Shown: piece by piece, positions 12,047 to 21,661 of the stretch
Numbering within the stretch: position 1 is the first letter of the stretch
Layout of the letters: every line of letters starts with the position of its first letter
Assembly: GCA_963719495.1 (NCBI GenBank)
Contig: CAVRCI010000002.1
Location: 736,001-800,000 of the forward strand
Direction: 5' to 3'
Length of the DNA stretch: 64,000 bases
Source of the DNA: an uncultured Verrucomicrobiae bacterium
Lineage (GTDB): Bacteria; Verrucomicrobiota; Verrucomicrobiia; Chthoniobacterales; JAATET01
Program-made: the position numbers and the translations under genes
Notes under the pieces: model-generated
The model's input: the letters and a program-made list of their open reading frames with translations, nothing else
What the model was told of the DNA's origin: nothing
Database searches by the model: none

Positions 12047-13090
12047 ATGAATGATCGGGATCGACAGGCGGGAGCGGCTTGGGGTGCGTTGATCGGGGAT
12101 GCGGTGGCGATGCCGGGGCACTGGTATTACGACCGGGCGGCGCTCCGCCGTGATTACGGGGAGCTGCGGGGCTTCGTGGCTCCGCGGAATCCGCACCCGG
12201 ACAGCATCCTCTGGCGGTCGGAATACACGGCGCTCAACGAGCGGGGTGAGATTCTGCACGATCAGGCCCGCTATTGGGGGCACCGCGGGGTGCATTACCA
12301 CCAATTTCTGGCGGCCGGGGAAAATACGCTCAATTTCCAACTCACGCGGCTACTCGTCGAATCGCTACGGGCCGAGGGCAACTACGACGCGGACGATTAT
12401 CTCGCGCGCTACGTCGACTTCATGCTCACGCCGGGCTCCCATCGCGACACCTACGCCGAGGAATATCACCGCAAATTCTTCGCCGCCCACGCGCGCGGGA
12501 AAAAGCCTCGGAAGTGCGCCGGGACCGACGTTCACATCGGCGGTCTGGCGCACGTCGGCGTGCTGGCGGCGTATTTCGGATCGGACGAGGCGGGGGCCCG
12601 GGCGGCGGTGCGGGAGCACATCGAGCTCACGCACCGGAGCGACGACGTCGTGCGGGCTGGCGACGCGCTGACCCGGATGCTGGTGAGCGTCTTCGGGGGC
12701 GGCGACCTTCGGGCGGCCATCCTGGAGTTTGGATCGGACTGGATCTCGGGGCGCAAAACGGAGGCCTGGTCGCGCGAACCGGACGACCTCGTCATCGGGC
12801 GGCGGCTGAGCCCGGCGTGCTACATCGACGACGCGTTCCCGGCGGCGCTGTATCTGGCTTGGAAGTACGCTGCGGACTTCGAGGACGGCGTCGTCGCGAA
12901 CGCCATGGTCGGCGGGGATAATTGCCACCGGGCTGGCGTGCTTGGAGCGCTGCTGGGTGCGGCGGCGGGGGCGGAGGGAATTCCGCCGCGGTTCCGGGAC
13001 GGGCTGGTGGCTCGTGAGTGGGTCGGGGCCTCAACGCGGAATGATTTTGGCCGCAAAAAGGCGCAAGAATCGGGAAAGGATTCGGTCTGA
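12047..13090 (+). CDS. ADP-ribosylglycohydrolase family protein
   Basis: GAAWGALIGDA N-terminus and VANAMVGGDNCHRAGVLGALLGA C-terminus. Confidence 0.85.
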   Translation: MNDRDRQAGAAWGALIGDAVAMPGHWYYDRAALRRDYGELRGFVAPRNPHPDSILWRSEYTALNERGEILHDQARYWGHRGVHYHQFLAAGENTLNFQLTRLLVESLRAEGNYDADDYLARYVDFMLTPGSHRDTYAEEYHRKFFAAHARGKKPRKCAGTDVHIGGLAHVGVLAAYFGSDEAGARAAVREHIELTHRSDDVVRAGDALTRMLVSVFGGGDLRAAILEFGSDWISGRKTEAWSREPDDLVIGRRLSPACYIDDAFPAALYLAWKYAADFEDGVVANAMVGGDNCHRAGVLGALLGAAAGAEGIPPRFRDGLVAREWVGASTRNDFGRKKAQESGKDSV

Positions 13091-13141
13091 AATCTCATCC
13101 TTTTTGAGCCTTCTGCGCCTTTTGCGGCCAACCACCTCCAC

Positions 13142-13174
13142 AAAAAAGCGAAGGACGCTCACGCGCCCTTCGCT
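13142..13174 (-). terminator. Rho-independent terminator of the coiled-coil gene
   Basis: rc reads GCGAAGGGCGC-GTGA-GCGTCCTTCGC followed by T6. Confidence 0.7.
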
Positions 13175-13203
13175 GATTCGTTCGCGCCGAATGACGGCGG
13201 AGC

Positions 13204-14400
13204 TTAGAGGTCCTCCAGCTTGGTGCCTTCCGACTTGGCCTGGTCGCCGTTCATCTCGCGCATGCGGGCGCGCAGGCGGTCGAGGCGGGCGGCCTGGTCG
13301 CTGAGCGACTGCTTGAGTTGGGTGCGGGCTTCTTCGCTGGCTTTGAGTTCAGCCGCGACCTTCTCGAGCTGTTTGGCGGCGGCGGCCTGCATTTCCTCGG
13401 CCTTCTGCTTGGCGGCGATGGCGGCTTCGCTCTGCTCACGGTAGAGGTTCAGATTCGTGGCGGTGGCCTCGGTCGACTTCTTTTCGGAAGAAGCGGCCTT
13501 CTCGTTGGCGGCCACCTTGGCGTTGGCCTCGGCGAGGGATCTTTTCATCGCCGCGGTCTGCGTGGTGAGTTCGTCCTTGGTCGATTTGAGCGATTTGATC
13601 TGGTCGGTCAGCTTATTGACCTGGTCGCGCATCGATGATTTTTCGCCGGAGAGATCCTTGATTTGAGCCTTCAGCTCGGTGTTGGTCTTCTCGAGCGCGG
13701 CCATTTTCTTGCTCGTCTGCTCGGTTTTTTTGCTCTCGGCGGTGAGGGCGGCTTTTGACTTGTCCAGGTCACCCTTCATGCCTTCGGAGGATTTGCGAAG
13801 CTCGGCGTTCTCCTTCTTGAGGGCGACGCGCTCGGCTGGGGCTTCGAGTTCGCCGCGGACGTTGTCGAGTTGCTTGTTGAGGGTGGCGACTTCCTTGAGC
13901 GCGCCGTCCATCTCGCTGCGGAACTTCCCGAGCATTTTGTAAGCTTCTTCGCCGGAAGAGAGCTGCTTGGTGAGGTCCTCGGCCTGCGCCTTGTATTTGG
14001 CCTCGCTGGCTTGGACGGTCTTCAACTCTTCCTCGACTTTCGAGAGGCGGCTCTGCATTTCGGCCTGCTCTCCGCGGCGGGAATCGAGCTCCTTGATCGC
14101 GAGATCGCGCTGGGCGAGGGCTTCCTCGACCTGCTTGCGAGCCTTGTCGAGCACGCCGACGAGGGAGTCGAAGCTGGCATCGATGCCGGTCGCGGTTGAA
14201 CTTTTCTCTTCGGCTTGCGGAGCCTCGGCGGGTTTGGCCTCCGCTTTTGGCGCGGGAGCCTCGGCCTTCTCGGCCGGGCTTTTTTCAGGCGCGGGAGTCT
14301 GCGCTTTCTCGTTCGCGGCGAGCGAGTTGGGGGCCAGTAGAGCGGTGGAGGCCAGCAGCGTGGCCCCGAAGATGAGGTTTTTTCGGAATGGGATTTTCAT
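13204..14400 (-). CDS. Secreted long coiled-coil protein of unknown function
   Basis: Signal peptide MKIPFRKNLIFGATLLASTALLAPNSLA, then a Lys/Glu/Ala-rich helical region. Confidence 0.8.
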   Translation of the reverse strand: MKIPFRKNLIFGATLLASTALLAPNSLAANEKAQTPAPEKSPAEKAEAPAPKAEAKPAEAPQAEEKSSTATGIDASFDSLVGVLDKARKQVEEALAQRDLAIKELDSRRGEQAEMQSRLSKVEEELKTVQASEAKYKAQAEDLTKQLSSGEEAYKMLGKFRSEMDGALKEVATLNKQLDNVRGELEAPAERVALKKENAELRKSSEGMKGDLDKSKAALTAESKKTEQTSKKMAALEKTNTELKAQIKDLSGEKSSMRDQVNKLTDQIKSLKSTKDELTTQTAAMKRSLAEANAKVAANEKAASSEKKSTEATATNLNLYREQSEAAIAAKQKAEEMQAAAAKQLEKVAAELKASEEARTQLKQSLSDQAARLDRLRARMREMNGDQAKSEGTKLEDL

Positions 14401-14556
14401 GGTTTTGAACGACCGAATGGTCGGGTAGACGCTACACAATATCCGGCGGCGTGAAAGGGGCTTTCGGAGGTGGGCGGGGTTTCGCAGGAAGGATCGGACG
14501 TCGGGCGGAAATTGCGCTGGTCAACGGGGAGGGGGGTTTCGCAGACTCCGCGCCTT

Positions 14557-15468
14557 ATGTCTGTTCTCGTTGTCGGTTCGATCGCCCTGGATACCATCAA
14601 AACCCCCGTCGAGGAGCACGCCGATCTCCTCGGCGGTTCGGCGTCCTACGCGGCCGTGGCGGCGAGTTTTTCCGCCCCGGTGAACTTCGTCGGCGTGGTC
14701 GGCGAGGATTTTCCAAAAGAGCACATCGAGCTGCTCGAGAGTCGCGACATCGACGTCGAGGGCCTGCAAATTGTTGCCGGAAAAACCTTCCGCTGGTCCG
14801 GCGAATACCTGTGGGATCTGAACACGCGGGAGACCCGCTCGGTCGAGTTGAACGTCTTCGAGAATTTCACCCCGACGCTGCCGGACGGCTACAAGGGAGC
14901 GAAGATCATCATGCTGGCCAACATCGGGCCGGAGCTGCAGCACCACGTGTTGGATCAGGCCACGGCGCCGGAGTTCGTGATCGCCGATACGATGGATCTC
15001 TGGATCGACATTGCGAAGGAGTCGTTGGTCAAGCTGGTTGGACGGGTGAACATGCTGATTCTCAACGACGGCGAAGCCCGCCAGCTCACCGGCGAGACCA
15101 GTCTCATCCGGGCGGGACGCAAGATCCGTAAAATGGGCGCGGAATACGTCGCCATTAAGAAGGGCGAGCACGGCTGCCTGCTCTTCGGCGAAGACAACTT
15201 CTTCAGCTGCCCGGCCTACCCGCTGGAAGACATCCACGACCCAACCGGGGCGGGGGACACGTACGCCGGCGGCGTGGCGGGCTTCCTGGCCAAGAGCGAC
15301 GAACCAGTGACGTTCGAGCGCCTGCGGCAGGCGGTGGTCTACGGCAGCGTGCTGGCCAGCTTCAACGTCGAGGCCTTCTCGCTCGAGCGTCTGAAAACGG
15401 TGACCGACGAGCAGATCGCCGACCGCTTCCGGACCTTCCGAATGCTGAGTCAGTTCGCGGAGATTTAG
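14557..15468 (+). CDS. PfkB family carbohydrate/nucleoside kinase
   Basis: VVGSIALD, LGGSASY, DPTGAGDTYAGG. Confidence 0.92.
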   Translation: MSVLVVGSIALDTIKTPVEEHADLLGGSASYAAVAASFSAPVNFVGVVGEDFPKEHIELLESRDIDVEGLQIVAGKTFRWSGEYLWDLNTRETRSVELNVFENFTPTLPDGYKGAKIIMLANIGPELQHHVLDQATAPEFVIADTMDLWIDIAKESLVKLVGRVNMLILNDGEARQLTGETSLIRAGRKIRKMGAEYVAIKKGEHGCLLFGEDNFFSCPAYPLEDIHDPTGAGDTYAGGVAGFLAKSDEPVTFERLRQAVVYGSVLASFNVEAFSLERLKTVTDEQIADRFRTFRMLSQFAEI

Positions 15469-15726
15469 GCCTGCTGCGGCGGCGCGGACGGTCGATCTGA
15501 AAACGCGGAGGCGTTGGGAGGTTCTGAATAAGACAGGATTGACGGGATTTTCAGGATCGAGGAGCTCGTGCGGATTTTGCCTGTTCCCGGCTGAGGACCC
15601 TGAATTTTGCATGGTCAACGGGCCCCTTTCTCCGTAGATCGCCCCCTTATCGAAATGAAGTGTTCCCCGGGTGATTGGTTTTTCAGGTTGGGTTCCCGGG
15701 CTCGAATCGAGTCGACCCGTTAATCC

Positions 15727-16440
15727 ATGGACCCGCATCGGAACCCCAAGCAGAGGGCGCGAGCGGGCATCGACGCCACGCTGATCCAGTCCGGTTGGAC
15801 CGTGCAGAGCCTGACGGAACTCAATCTACACACTTCGCTCGGCGTTGCCGTCCGCGAGATGCAGTCCCAACGCGGCCCCGCCGACTACGGTATCTTCGTT
15901 CAGGGCAAGGCGCTCGGCATCGTCGAGGCGAAAAAGGAAGGCGAGACGCTCTCCCTCGTCGCCGAGCAGTCGGCGCGCTACTCCCATGCCCGCAAATGGA
16001 TCCCGCAGACGTGGGCCGATCCACTGCCCTTCCCGTACGAGTCCACCGGCGTCGAGACCAATTTCCGCAGACTAATATCCGCGACCAGCGCGACCCGGAT
16101 CCCCGCTCGCGTCCCGTCTTTGCCTTCCACCGTCCCGAGTATTTCCTCGAGCTGGTCCAGCGACCCGGCACTCTCCGCGGGCGGCTTCGCCAGCTTCCCG
16201 AGCTGATCATCGCGCCACAGCGCGACTGCCAGATCGACGCCATTCATGGGCTGGAGGCATCCCTTGCCGATAATCGTCCCCGGGCGCTCATCCGGATGGC
16301 GACCGGCTCCGGCCAGACCCTCACCGCAGTCACGCAGGCCTACCGCCTCATCAAATTCGCGACGCCTTCCGCATCGGCCTCACCGCAACGCCGAACAAGG
16401 CCACACTCGGCTTCTTCAATCGCAACCTCGTTATGTCGGA
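15727..16440 (+). pseudogene. hsdR: Type I restriction enzyme R subunit remnant
   Basis: GPADY…VEAKK nuclease motif, YESTGVET; frameshift from an imperfect 14-bp duplication near 16054-16081; MATGSGQT (Walker A K to Q); jump to IGLTATP..TLGFFNRNLVM; truncated. Confidence 0.85.
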
Positions 16441-16456
16441 GGGCTCAGTCGGGCGG

Positions 16457-16483
16457 TTCTGAACCAATGAACGGACTGACCCC
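16457..16483 (+). repeat. REP-like motif TTCTGAACCAATGAACGGACTGACCCC
   Basis: Identical at 34621-34647; one mismatch in rc at 24088-24114; variant near 21310. Confidence 0.85.
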
Positions 16484-16808
16484 TTTGACGGGTCCTGACC
16501 CGGGAGCCGTAACAAACCCGCCGACGGTTAGCGGAGATATTGTGAACGTGACAGGTGAGGACGGTCCCACAATCGCGTATGCAACTTGGAAGTTTTATAG
16601 CGTTGTCGAAATCGATTACAAATTCAACCTTTACATGCAATACAAGTTGAAAGGAGTCGAAGGCTCTTCTTGGAAAACTATCGGCAAGGCTCACTGGACA
16701 TGGTTAGGGGGTTGCTACTTATACCATAATCCGGAGCAGCAGCTGCCTTATGGAAATACGAGCAGCACAAGTGGAAATGCGAGTAGTGAATCACCAGTTG
16801 CTCCTTAA
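16484..16808 (+). pseudogene. 3-prime fragment of an unknown lower-GC gene
   Basis: Open frame ending …FNLYMQYKLKGVEGSSWKTIGKAHWTW… that begins directly after the REP-like motif; visibly more AT-rich. Confidence 0.5.
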
Positions 16809-16826
16809 CAGGGTTAGAAGAATTAT

Positions 16827-17378
16827 ATGAAATTAATACCTATCATCGCATTAGGAGTTGGGTGCTTTTCGACTTTGACAATGTGGGCAGTGCCTGTAAA
16901 CGAAGCAGAGGTAATTGAGTGGTTGACTGATCGCTGGTCCGAAGACTCCTCTCGTGCTGAAGAACTCGTCGAGTCGATTGACCTACGTCTTCAAACAGCG
17001 TCAGGGATAGAAGCTAAGGCTTTGCGCCAACAGCGGGATGGTTACTTAATGCCGCGTTTTGCTCTGCAGAAATTGGAGGCTGTCATGATCGGTCAGAAGA
17101 TGCGACGAGGTCAAATTCGTGATATGCCGTCGGAAAGCAGGGTGGCATCTCAATCGCTTGCCGCTTCTCGGCTTACGCAAAAGTTCCTGATACTTAAATT
17201 GCTTCAGTTCACGGAAGCTGGCGAGGGTGCTGCGTCTGCGGAAACGCGAGAAAGTGTGAGGAAAGTTGTAGAAAGAGCGGATGTTTACAACATATCGTTC
17301 AGCTCACTCATACAGGAGTATCTCAAAATGAACGGCGTGGCGAGCGACGTTGTTGATGAAACGCTTCGCAGAGAATAA
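16827..17378 (+). CDS. Hypothetical secreted protein (lower GC)
   Basis: 183-aa ORF with a signal-peptide-like N-terminus. Confidence 0.65.
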   Translation: MKLIPIIALGVGCFSTLTMWAVPVNEAEVIEWLTDRWSEDSSRAEELVESIDLRLQTASGIEAKALRQQRDGYLMPRFALQKLEAVMIGQKMRRGQIRDMPSESRVASQSLAASRLTQKFLILKLLQFTEAGEGAASAETRESVRKVVERADVYNISFSSLIQEYLKMNGVASDVVDETLRRE

Positions 17379-17495
17379 TTAGAAGCAGGCGGAAGAGTAG
17401 ACTGGCGGCTTTTTTTGGGGCGTCTCCGAACATTATGGTGTTTGCCCTCCGACAGTGCAATCAGGAATAAGGAATGGGGTCAGTCGAGAATGGCA

Positions 17496-19002
17496 CTAAG
17501 ATAAGGGGGATTTGGGAGGATTTTCGACCCCGGATTTTCGGTGAGGGAGCGGTCCCATTTGGCGGCGGGGCTTGGTCAAGAGGCGATAGTTTTTGGGGCG
17601 GCGTTTTCTGACTCTGGGGTTCGGATCGGTCTGGGCGCAGCGGAACGAGATCGCTGGCGATGGCAGAGAGCATGGCGTCGAGGATGGCGGAGATGGTGCG
17701 GGGTTTAGCGTTGGCCCCACTGGTGGCGTTGGCGAACTGACGGACGGTATCGAGAGTGCCCTTGAAGGAGACGCGATCCAGGTCGAGTTCGTGAATCAGG
17801 GCGGCTTTCTGCATGACGCTGCGGACGAGGTTGGAGGCGATGAAGTGCATGAGGAGTTCGCGCTCGATGAGGGCCGGGGATTTGCAGCGCAAGACGTCCA
17901 TGTTGAGAGCGATCTTGATCTCGCGAAAATGGAGTTCGACGCTCCAGCGGCGGAAGTAGAGGGAGGCGAGATCATCGGCGGGAATGGCCGTCTCGGAGAG
18001 CAGCAGGGTGGTCACCAAGGTGACGGTCTGGGTGCGGAAGCCGGGTTGGGCGATGGTGTAGCGCACGACGCGCACTGGAATATCCGCGGGCCAGAGCGCG
18101 AACTCCTCGGGCGTCATCCCGCGTGGTCGCTGCGCGGGGCGCTTCCAGACAATGTTCACATCGAAATTTGCCGACTTGGGAAGCTGAGCACCAATGGCCT
18201 TGCGGAACCGTTTTTCGGGCAAGCGCATCAACGAGTCCACGCCCAGGGAGAGCAGACCGGCAATAGCCCCGAAGGAACAAAATCCCCGGTCGGTGAGAAC
18301 GAGATCGCCACGATTGAAAATGCTCCAAAGGTTGCGAAAAAGCCGGGTCTCATGGGTGAGACGATCGCCCCAATCCGCCTTGAGAAGAGCTCCGGTGAGA
18401 AGGCAGAAAACGCCAACCAGATTGATTGCGGGAAAGCCACACCCCGGCTTCTGACTGCTGCTCTGCGGCCAACGATCTTGATTGGCTTCGGTGTCGGGCA
18501 TGGAGACACCCGTGCCGTCCACGAGCCGTACCTGGCGACCATGCCAGAGAGCGCCGCTGGGAATATTGGCTTCCATGCGCACGGCCAGATGGGTGTTGAT
18601 TCCTTCCAGTGTCGCCACCGGGAGCTTGGCTCGCGCCTGGCAATAAGCGCTGGCATTGCCACTCATGACCTCGGTCTCTGTAGTGCCAGACGGTTTGGAT
18701 TTTCTGCTCACCAAAGCCATGACCTTGCACACGGCTTCGCGACAGGAACCGTTCGGGGTTTGCACCTGATCCAGGAAGCTCCAGAAGACACGTTCGAGCG
18801 AGAAAATGCGCTTGCGGCTGTGAGCACAGCTGGGCGTTGAGCTAAGTAACTTCCGTGGAATGTAGGAGCCAAAGACGTTGACCAACACCGAGAGCGAACC
18901 GCTCTGCCTGAGCTTGGCAAGGGCCTGCGTCAGGGGTGAGACTGGCGGTCGTCCAAAAAGCCGCGAACTAAAATTTGGGAAAAACGGGTTGAAAGAACGC
19001 AT
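17496..19002 (-). CDS. IS4-family DDE transposase, frameshifted near the C-terminus (about 17615)
   Basis: LVDGT, LTDRGFCS, YFRRWSVELHFREIK (YREK motif); C-terminal RVRKRRPKNYRLLTKPR lies in another frame (ORF 17496-17720). Confidence 0.88.
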
Positions 19003-19044
19003 CCAATACAAGTATATATACTTAATCGAAGCCGCCAGTGAATT

Positions 19045-19398
19045 ATGCCGAAAACCGCTAAAAAATCCGACCTCACCGCCCGGGAAATCCGTCGACTCGA
19101 AGCACGCTACAGCACCCTGGCCTCGGAGCTGGGAAGCTTCCCCGAATTGAGTCAGGGAAGCGTGATGCCCCAACCTCCCCGGGCTTGGCGGTGGACCCGC
19201 AAAGTTGCCGGAAAAACCGTCACCGTTGGGCTCAGTCCCCTCAAAGCCCAGAGGATGAAACTAGCCATCGCCAACCATCGAAAGCTGGAAAAGAACATTA
19301 CCGAGATGCGCGAGATAACCCAGAAACTCATCTTGAGAACCCCAGATCCCTCCCCGATTCCCAAACGCGAGCCGCCTCCTAAATCCTCCTTAAGTTAG
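19045..19398 (+). CDS. Small IS-associated protein, DUF6788-like, divergent from the transposase
   Basis: LSQGSV…WRWTRKVAGKTVTVGL; stop codon lies inside the TIR. Confidence 0.7.
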   Translation: MPKTAKKSDLTAREIRRLEARYSTLASELGSFPELSQGSVMPQPPRAWRWTRKVAGKTVTVGLSPLKAQRMKLAIANHRKLEKNITEMREITQKLILRTPDPSPIPKREPPPKSSLS

Positions 19399-19417
19399 TG
19401 CCATTCGGGTCAGTCCG

Positions 19418-19683
19418 GAATGGCACTGTTTTAAGCCGATTTTCGGTGAAGAGCGCAAGGCGGTGAGGACGGCTTGGCAGGCCGTCCCGCGCGAGATCAT
19501 TGGCAACCGGGGTCTTTTCGATCAACGCTGGCGGTGTTGGTGGGGTGAGCGCGAAGTTGTAGCGGCGCGTCTGTGACCGCCGCGAACCATCTCGCTGAGT
19601 TTGCGCACCCGAGTCTGACGGCACCGGCGGTCACAGACCGCCGCTACAGCCCTGCCGACGATCCGCTTAAAACAGTGCCATTC
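19418..19683. mobile_element. MITE with IS4-type ends carrying a REP-like hairpin
   Basis: Both ends GAATGGCACTGTTTTAAGC; internal inverted pair TGTAGCGGCGCGTCTGTGACCGCCG / CGGCGGTCACAGACCGCCGCTACA (about 19559-19648). Confidence 0.8.
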
Positions 19684-19694
19684 CGGACTGACCC

Positions 19695-21249
19695 GAATGG
19701 CACTGCTTTAAGCCAGTTTTCGGGGAGAAAGATGGAGGGAGATCCGCTGATTTGGTAGATTAAAGTGTGAGCAGCAACCAACCATTTCTCAGCGGATTCC
19801 CAACTCAAATATGTGGCAGAATGCGGCGGCGTCTGCAAGCGGTCATCGCGGAGCGACGGAGCGCATTGGCAGAGTCATCCATAGCGACCTACGCGCTGCA
19901 GTTTTCCCGCATCCTGCCGGCCGATTTTTTGGAGTCACTCTCGCTCACGCAACGGGTTCGGCAGTATTGCAATGTGGTCGTCTTCTGGGTGTGGCTGGCT
20001 CAGATTTTAGAGGCCAATGCGTCGCTCTCCAAAGCGGTGAGTCTGGTCCAATGCTGGTGCGGCGAGGCGGGTCTGCCAGTTCCCAGTGGGGATACCGGAG
20101 CCTTCAGTCGGGGTCGGGGACGACTCGGAGAGGCGTTTCTGGCCGGGGCGAGCCAACGCGTGCGCACTCATCTGGGAGCCCGGATCAGGCCCGAGGATAC
20201 TTACAAAGGACACGTGGTCAAATCCATCGACGGCAGCTCGTTGACTCTGGATGACACAGCGTCCAATCAGGAGCAATATCCGCAACCCACGAGCCAGAAA
20301 GCGGGTTGCGGCTTCCCGGTCATGGGCATCATGGGCGTGCTCAACCACGCCCATGGCGGATGGGAGGATTTCGTTGAAGGGCTGCAGAGCGCGCACGATG
20401 CACCGATCTTTCACAAGCTCATGCACTGCTTCGAACCCGGGGATTTACTTTGCGGTGATCGCGCTTTCTGCACCTACGAGTTGATGTCCACTCTGGACCA
20501 AAGGCAGGTCCATACGCTCATGCGTTTGCACCAATCCCGGCACCGCGTCCTGAACTGGAGCCGTGGCAAAAAGCTCGGCAAGCACCAACGCCTGGTTACT
20601 TGGAAGAAGCCCGCTAAACGCCCCGTGGGCAGCACCTTGAATGATTTGGAATGGGCGGCACTACCCGAAGAACTCCAAATCCGTCTCATTCGCTTTGAAT
20701 ACAAGGATCGCGCCGGGAGCAAACGCCGCATGGTCCTGGCCACGACCATGACTGACTCCCTTCGATACGACTGGCGCGAACTGGCCGCCATCTACGCCCA
20801 GCGCTGGGACATCGAACTACGTCTGAGGGACGTGAAAACCACCCTCGCCATGGATCACCTGCGCGTCAAAACGCCCGCGACCGCCCGCAAGACTCTCACG
20901 ATGAGTTTGATCGCCTACAACCTTCTCAAGGCCACCAGCCAGCAAGCCGCGCACAGCACCGGGCAGGACCTCCGACTCATGAGTTTCAAAGCCACTCTGG
21001 ACACCATCGTCGCCAACACCGCTCGCTACCTCCGCCGTCAAAAACACGCCCGCCTCATCAAGGAAATCTGGTCCGACACCATCGAAATGATCGCCGCAAA
21101 AATCATCGATCTCCGCCCCGGCAGGCACGAACCTCGTGCCCAGAAGAAGCGACCTAAAAACTTCAGTTATCTCACCGCTCCTCGCGCTCTCTACCAAGAA
21201 ATCCCTCACCGCGGCAAATCCCGATCCTTCGCTTAATGCAGTGCCATTC
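19695..21249 (+). mobile_element. IS4-family element no. 2
   Basis: TIRs GAATGGCACTGCTTTAAGC / GCTTAATGCAGTGCCATTC; perfect 11-bp DR CGGACTGACCC. Confidence 0.93.
19767..21236 (+). CDS. IS4-family DDE transposase, apparently intact
   Basis: SIDGSS, CGDRAFC, YAQRWDIELRLRDVK. Confidence 0.92.
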   Translation: MSSNQPFLSGFPTQICGRMRRRLQAVIAERRSALAESSIATYALQFSRILPADFLESLSLTQRVRQYCNVVVFWVWLAQILEANASLSKAVSLVQCWCGEAGLPVPSGDTGAFSRGRGRLGEAFLAGASQRVRTHLGARIRPEDTYKGHVVKSIDGSSLTLDDTASNQEQYPQPTSQKAGCGFPVMGIMGVLNHAHGGWEDFVEGLQSAHDAPIFHKLMHCFEPGDLLCGDRAFCTYELMSTLDQRQVHTLMRLHQSRHRVLNWSRGKKLGKHQRLVTWKKPAKRPVGSTLNDLEWAALPEELQIRLIRFEYKDRAGSKRRMVLATTMTDSLRYDWRELAAIYAQRWDIELRLRDVKTTLAMDHLRVKTPATARKTLTMSLIAYNLLKATSQQAAHSTGQDLRLMSFKATLDTIVANTARYLRRQKHARLIKEIWSDTIEMIAAKIIDLRPGRHEPRAQKKRPKNFSYLTAPRALYQEIPHRGKSRSFA

Positions 21250-21360
21250 CGGACTGACCCCTTTGATGACCCCTTTGACTGACCCCTTTGATGAACCGAC
21301 CCCTTCGATGAACCAATGAACGGACTGACTCCTTCGATGACCCCTTCGACAATGAACGGA
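21250..21360 (+). repeat. Degenerate tandem GACCCCTT(T/C)GA repeats mixed with REP-like motif copies
   Basis: Seen directly; continues beyond the IS110 at 22955-23002. Confidence 0.8.
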
Positions 21361-21362
21361 CT

Positions 21363-21661
21363 TCTCTGAAAAAAGGGTCGAAGGGCTGTCAAGGGTCTAA
21401 TTTAGAGGGTTCTTGGACCGAGTGGGGCATGGGACGCAGAAGAAAGCGCCCAATGGGTGACCATCAGGGCAGGGAAAAGCGCGGGCTCTTACATTAAGGG
21501 AAGGAGCCTGTAAACTTGGGACGATAGCGATGCTGGAATCACACTTCTCTGCGGGGCGGGCACTTCTGGCCCCCATCCATTGTGGCGATCAGATCCCCAG
21601 CCCTCCATCCTGACCCAAGGTGCGCCGACTAAGTGCTAAGACTTAGCGACCAACCAGTCGT
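21363..21661 (-). ncRNA. Putative bridge/seek RNA region of the IS110 element (boundaries approximate)
   Basis: Contains GGGTCAG (target left half plus core, 21610-21616) followed by CAGAGAAG (donor left half plus core, 21544-21551). Confidence 0.65.

Larger units (their letters stand above)
17488..19406 (-). mobile_element. IS4-family element no. 1
   Basis: TIRs GAATGGCACTAA; flanking 11-bp GGGTCAGTCGA / GGGTCAGTCCG. Confidence 0.9.

Noticed and set aside
10217..12340. Long antisense ORFs (also 34718-37084, 41819-43738, 61348-63687)
   Set aside because: Shadow frames of high-GC genes with no recognisable motifs
15727..16440. Active type I restriction system
   Set aside because: Frameshift, Walker A mutation, deletion and truncation; no hsdM or hsdS
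15675..16808. 377-aa ORF as a real fusion protein
   Set aside because: Chance read-through across the hsdR remnant, the repeat motif and a foreign fragment
17610..17622. IS4 transposase C-terminal frameshift as regulatory
   Set aside because: A single extra base in a G run; error or decay is the simpler explanation
21250..21360. Repeat tract as a CRISPR array
   Set aside because: Units are about 11 bp and irregular, with no unique spacers and no cas genes
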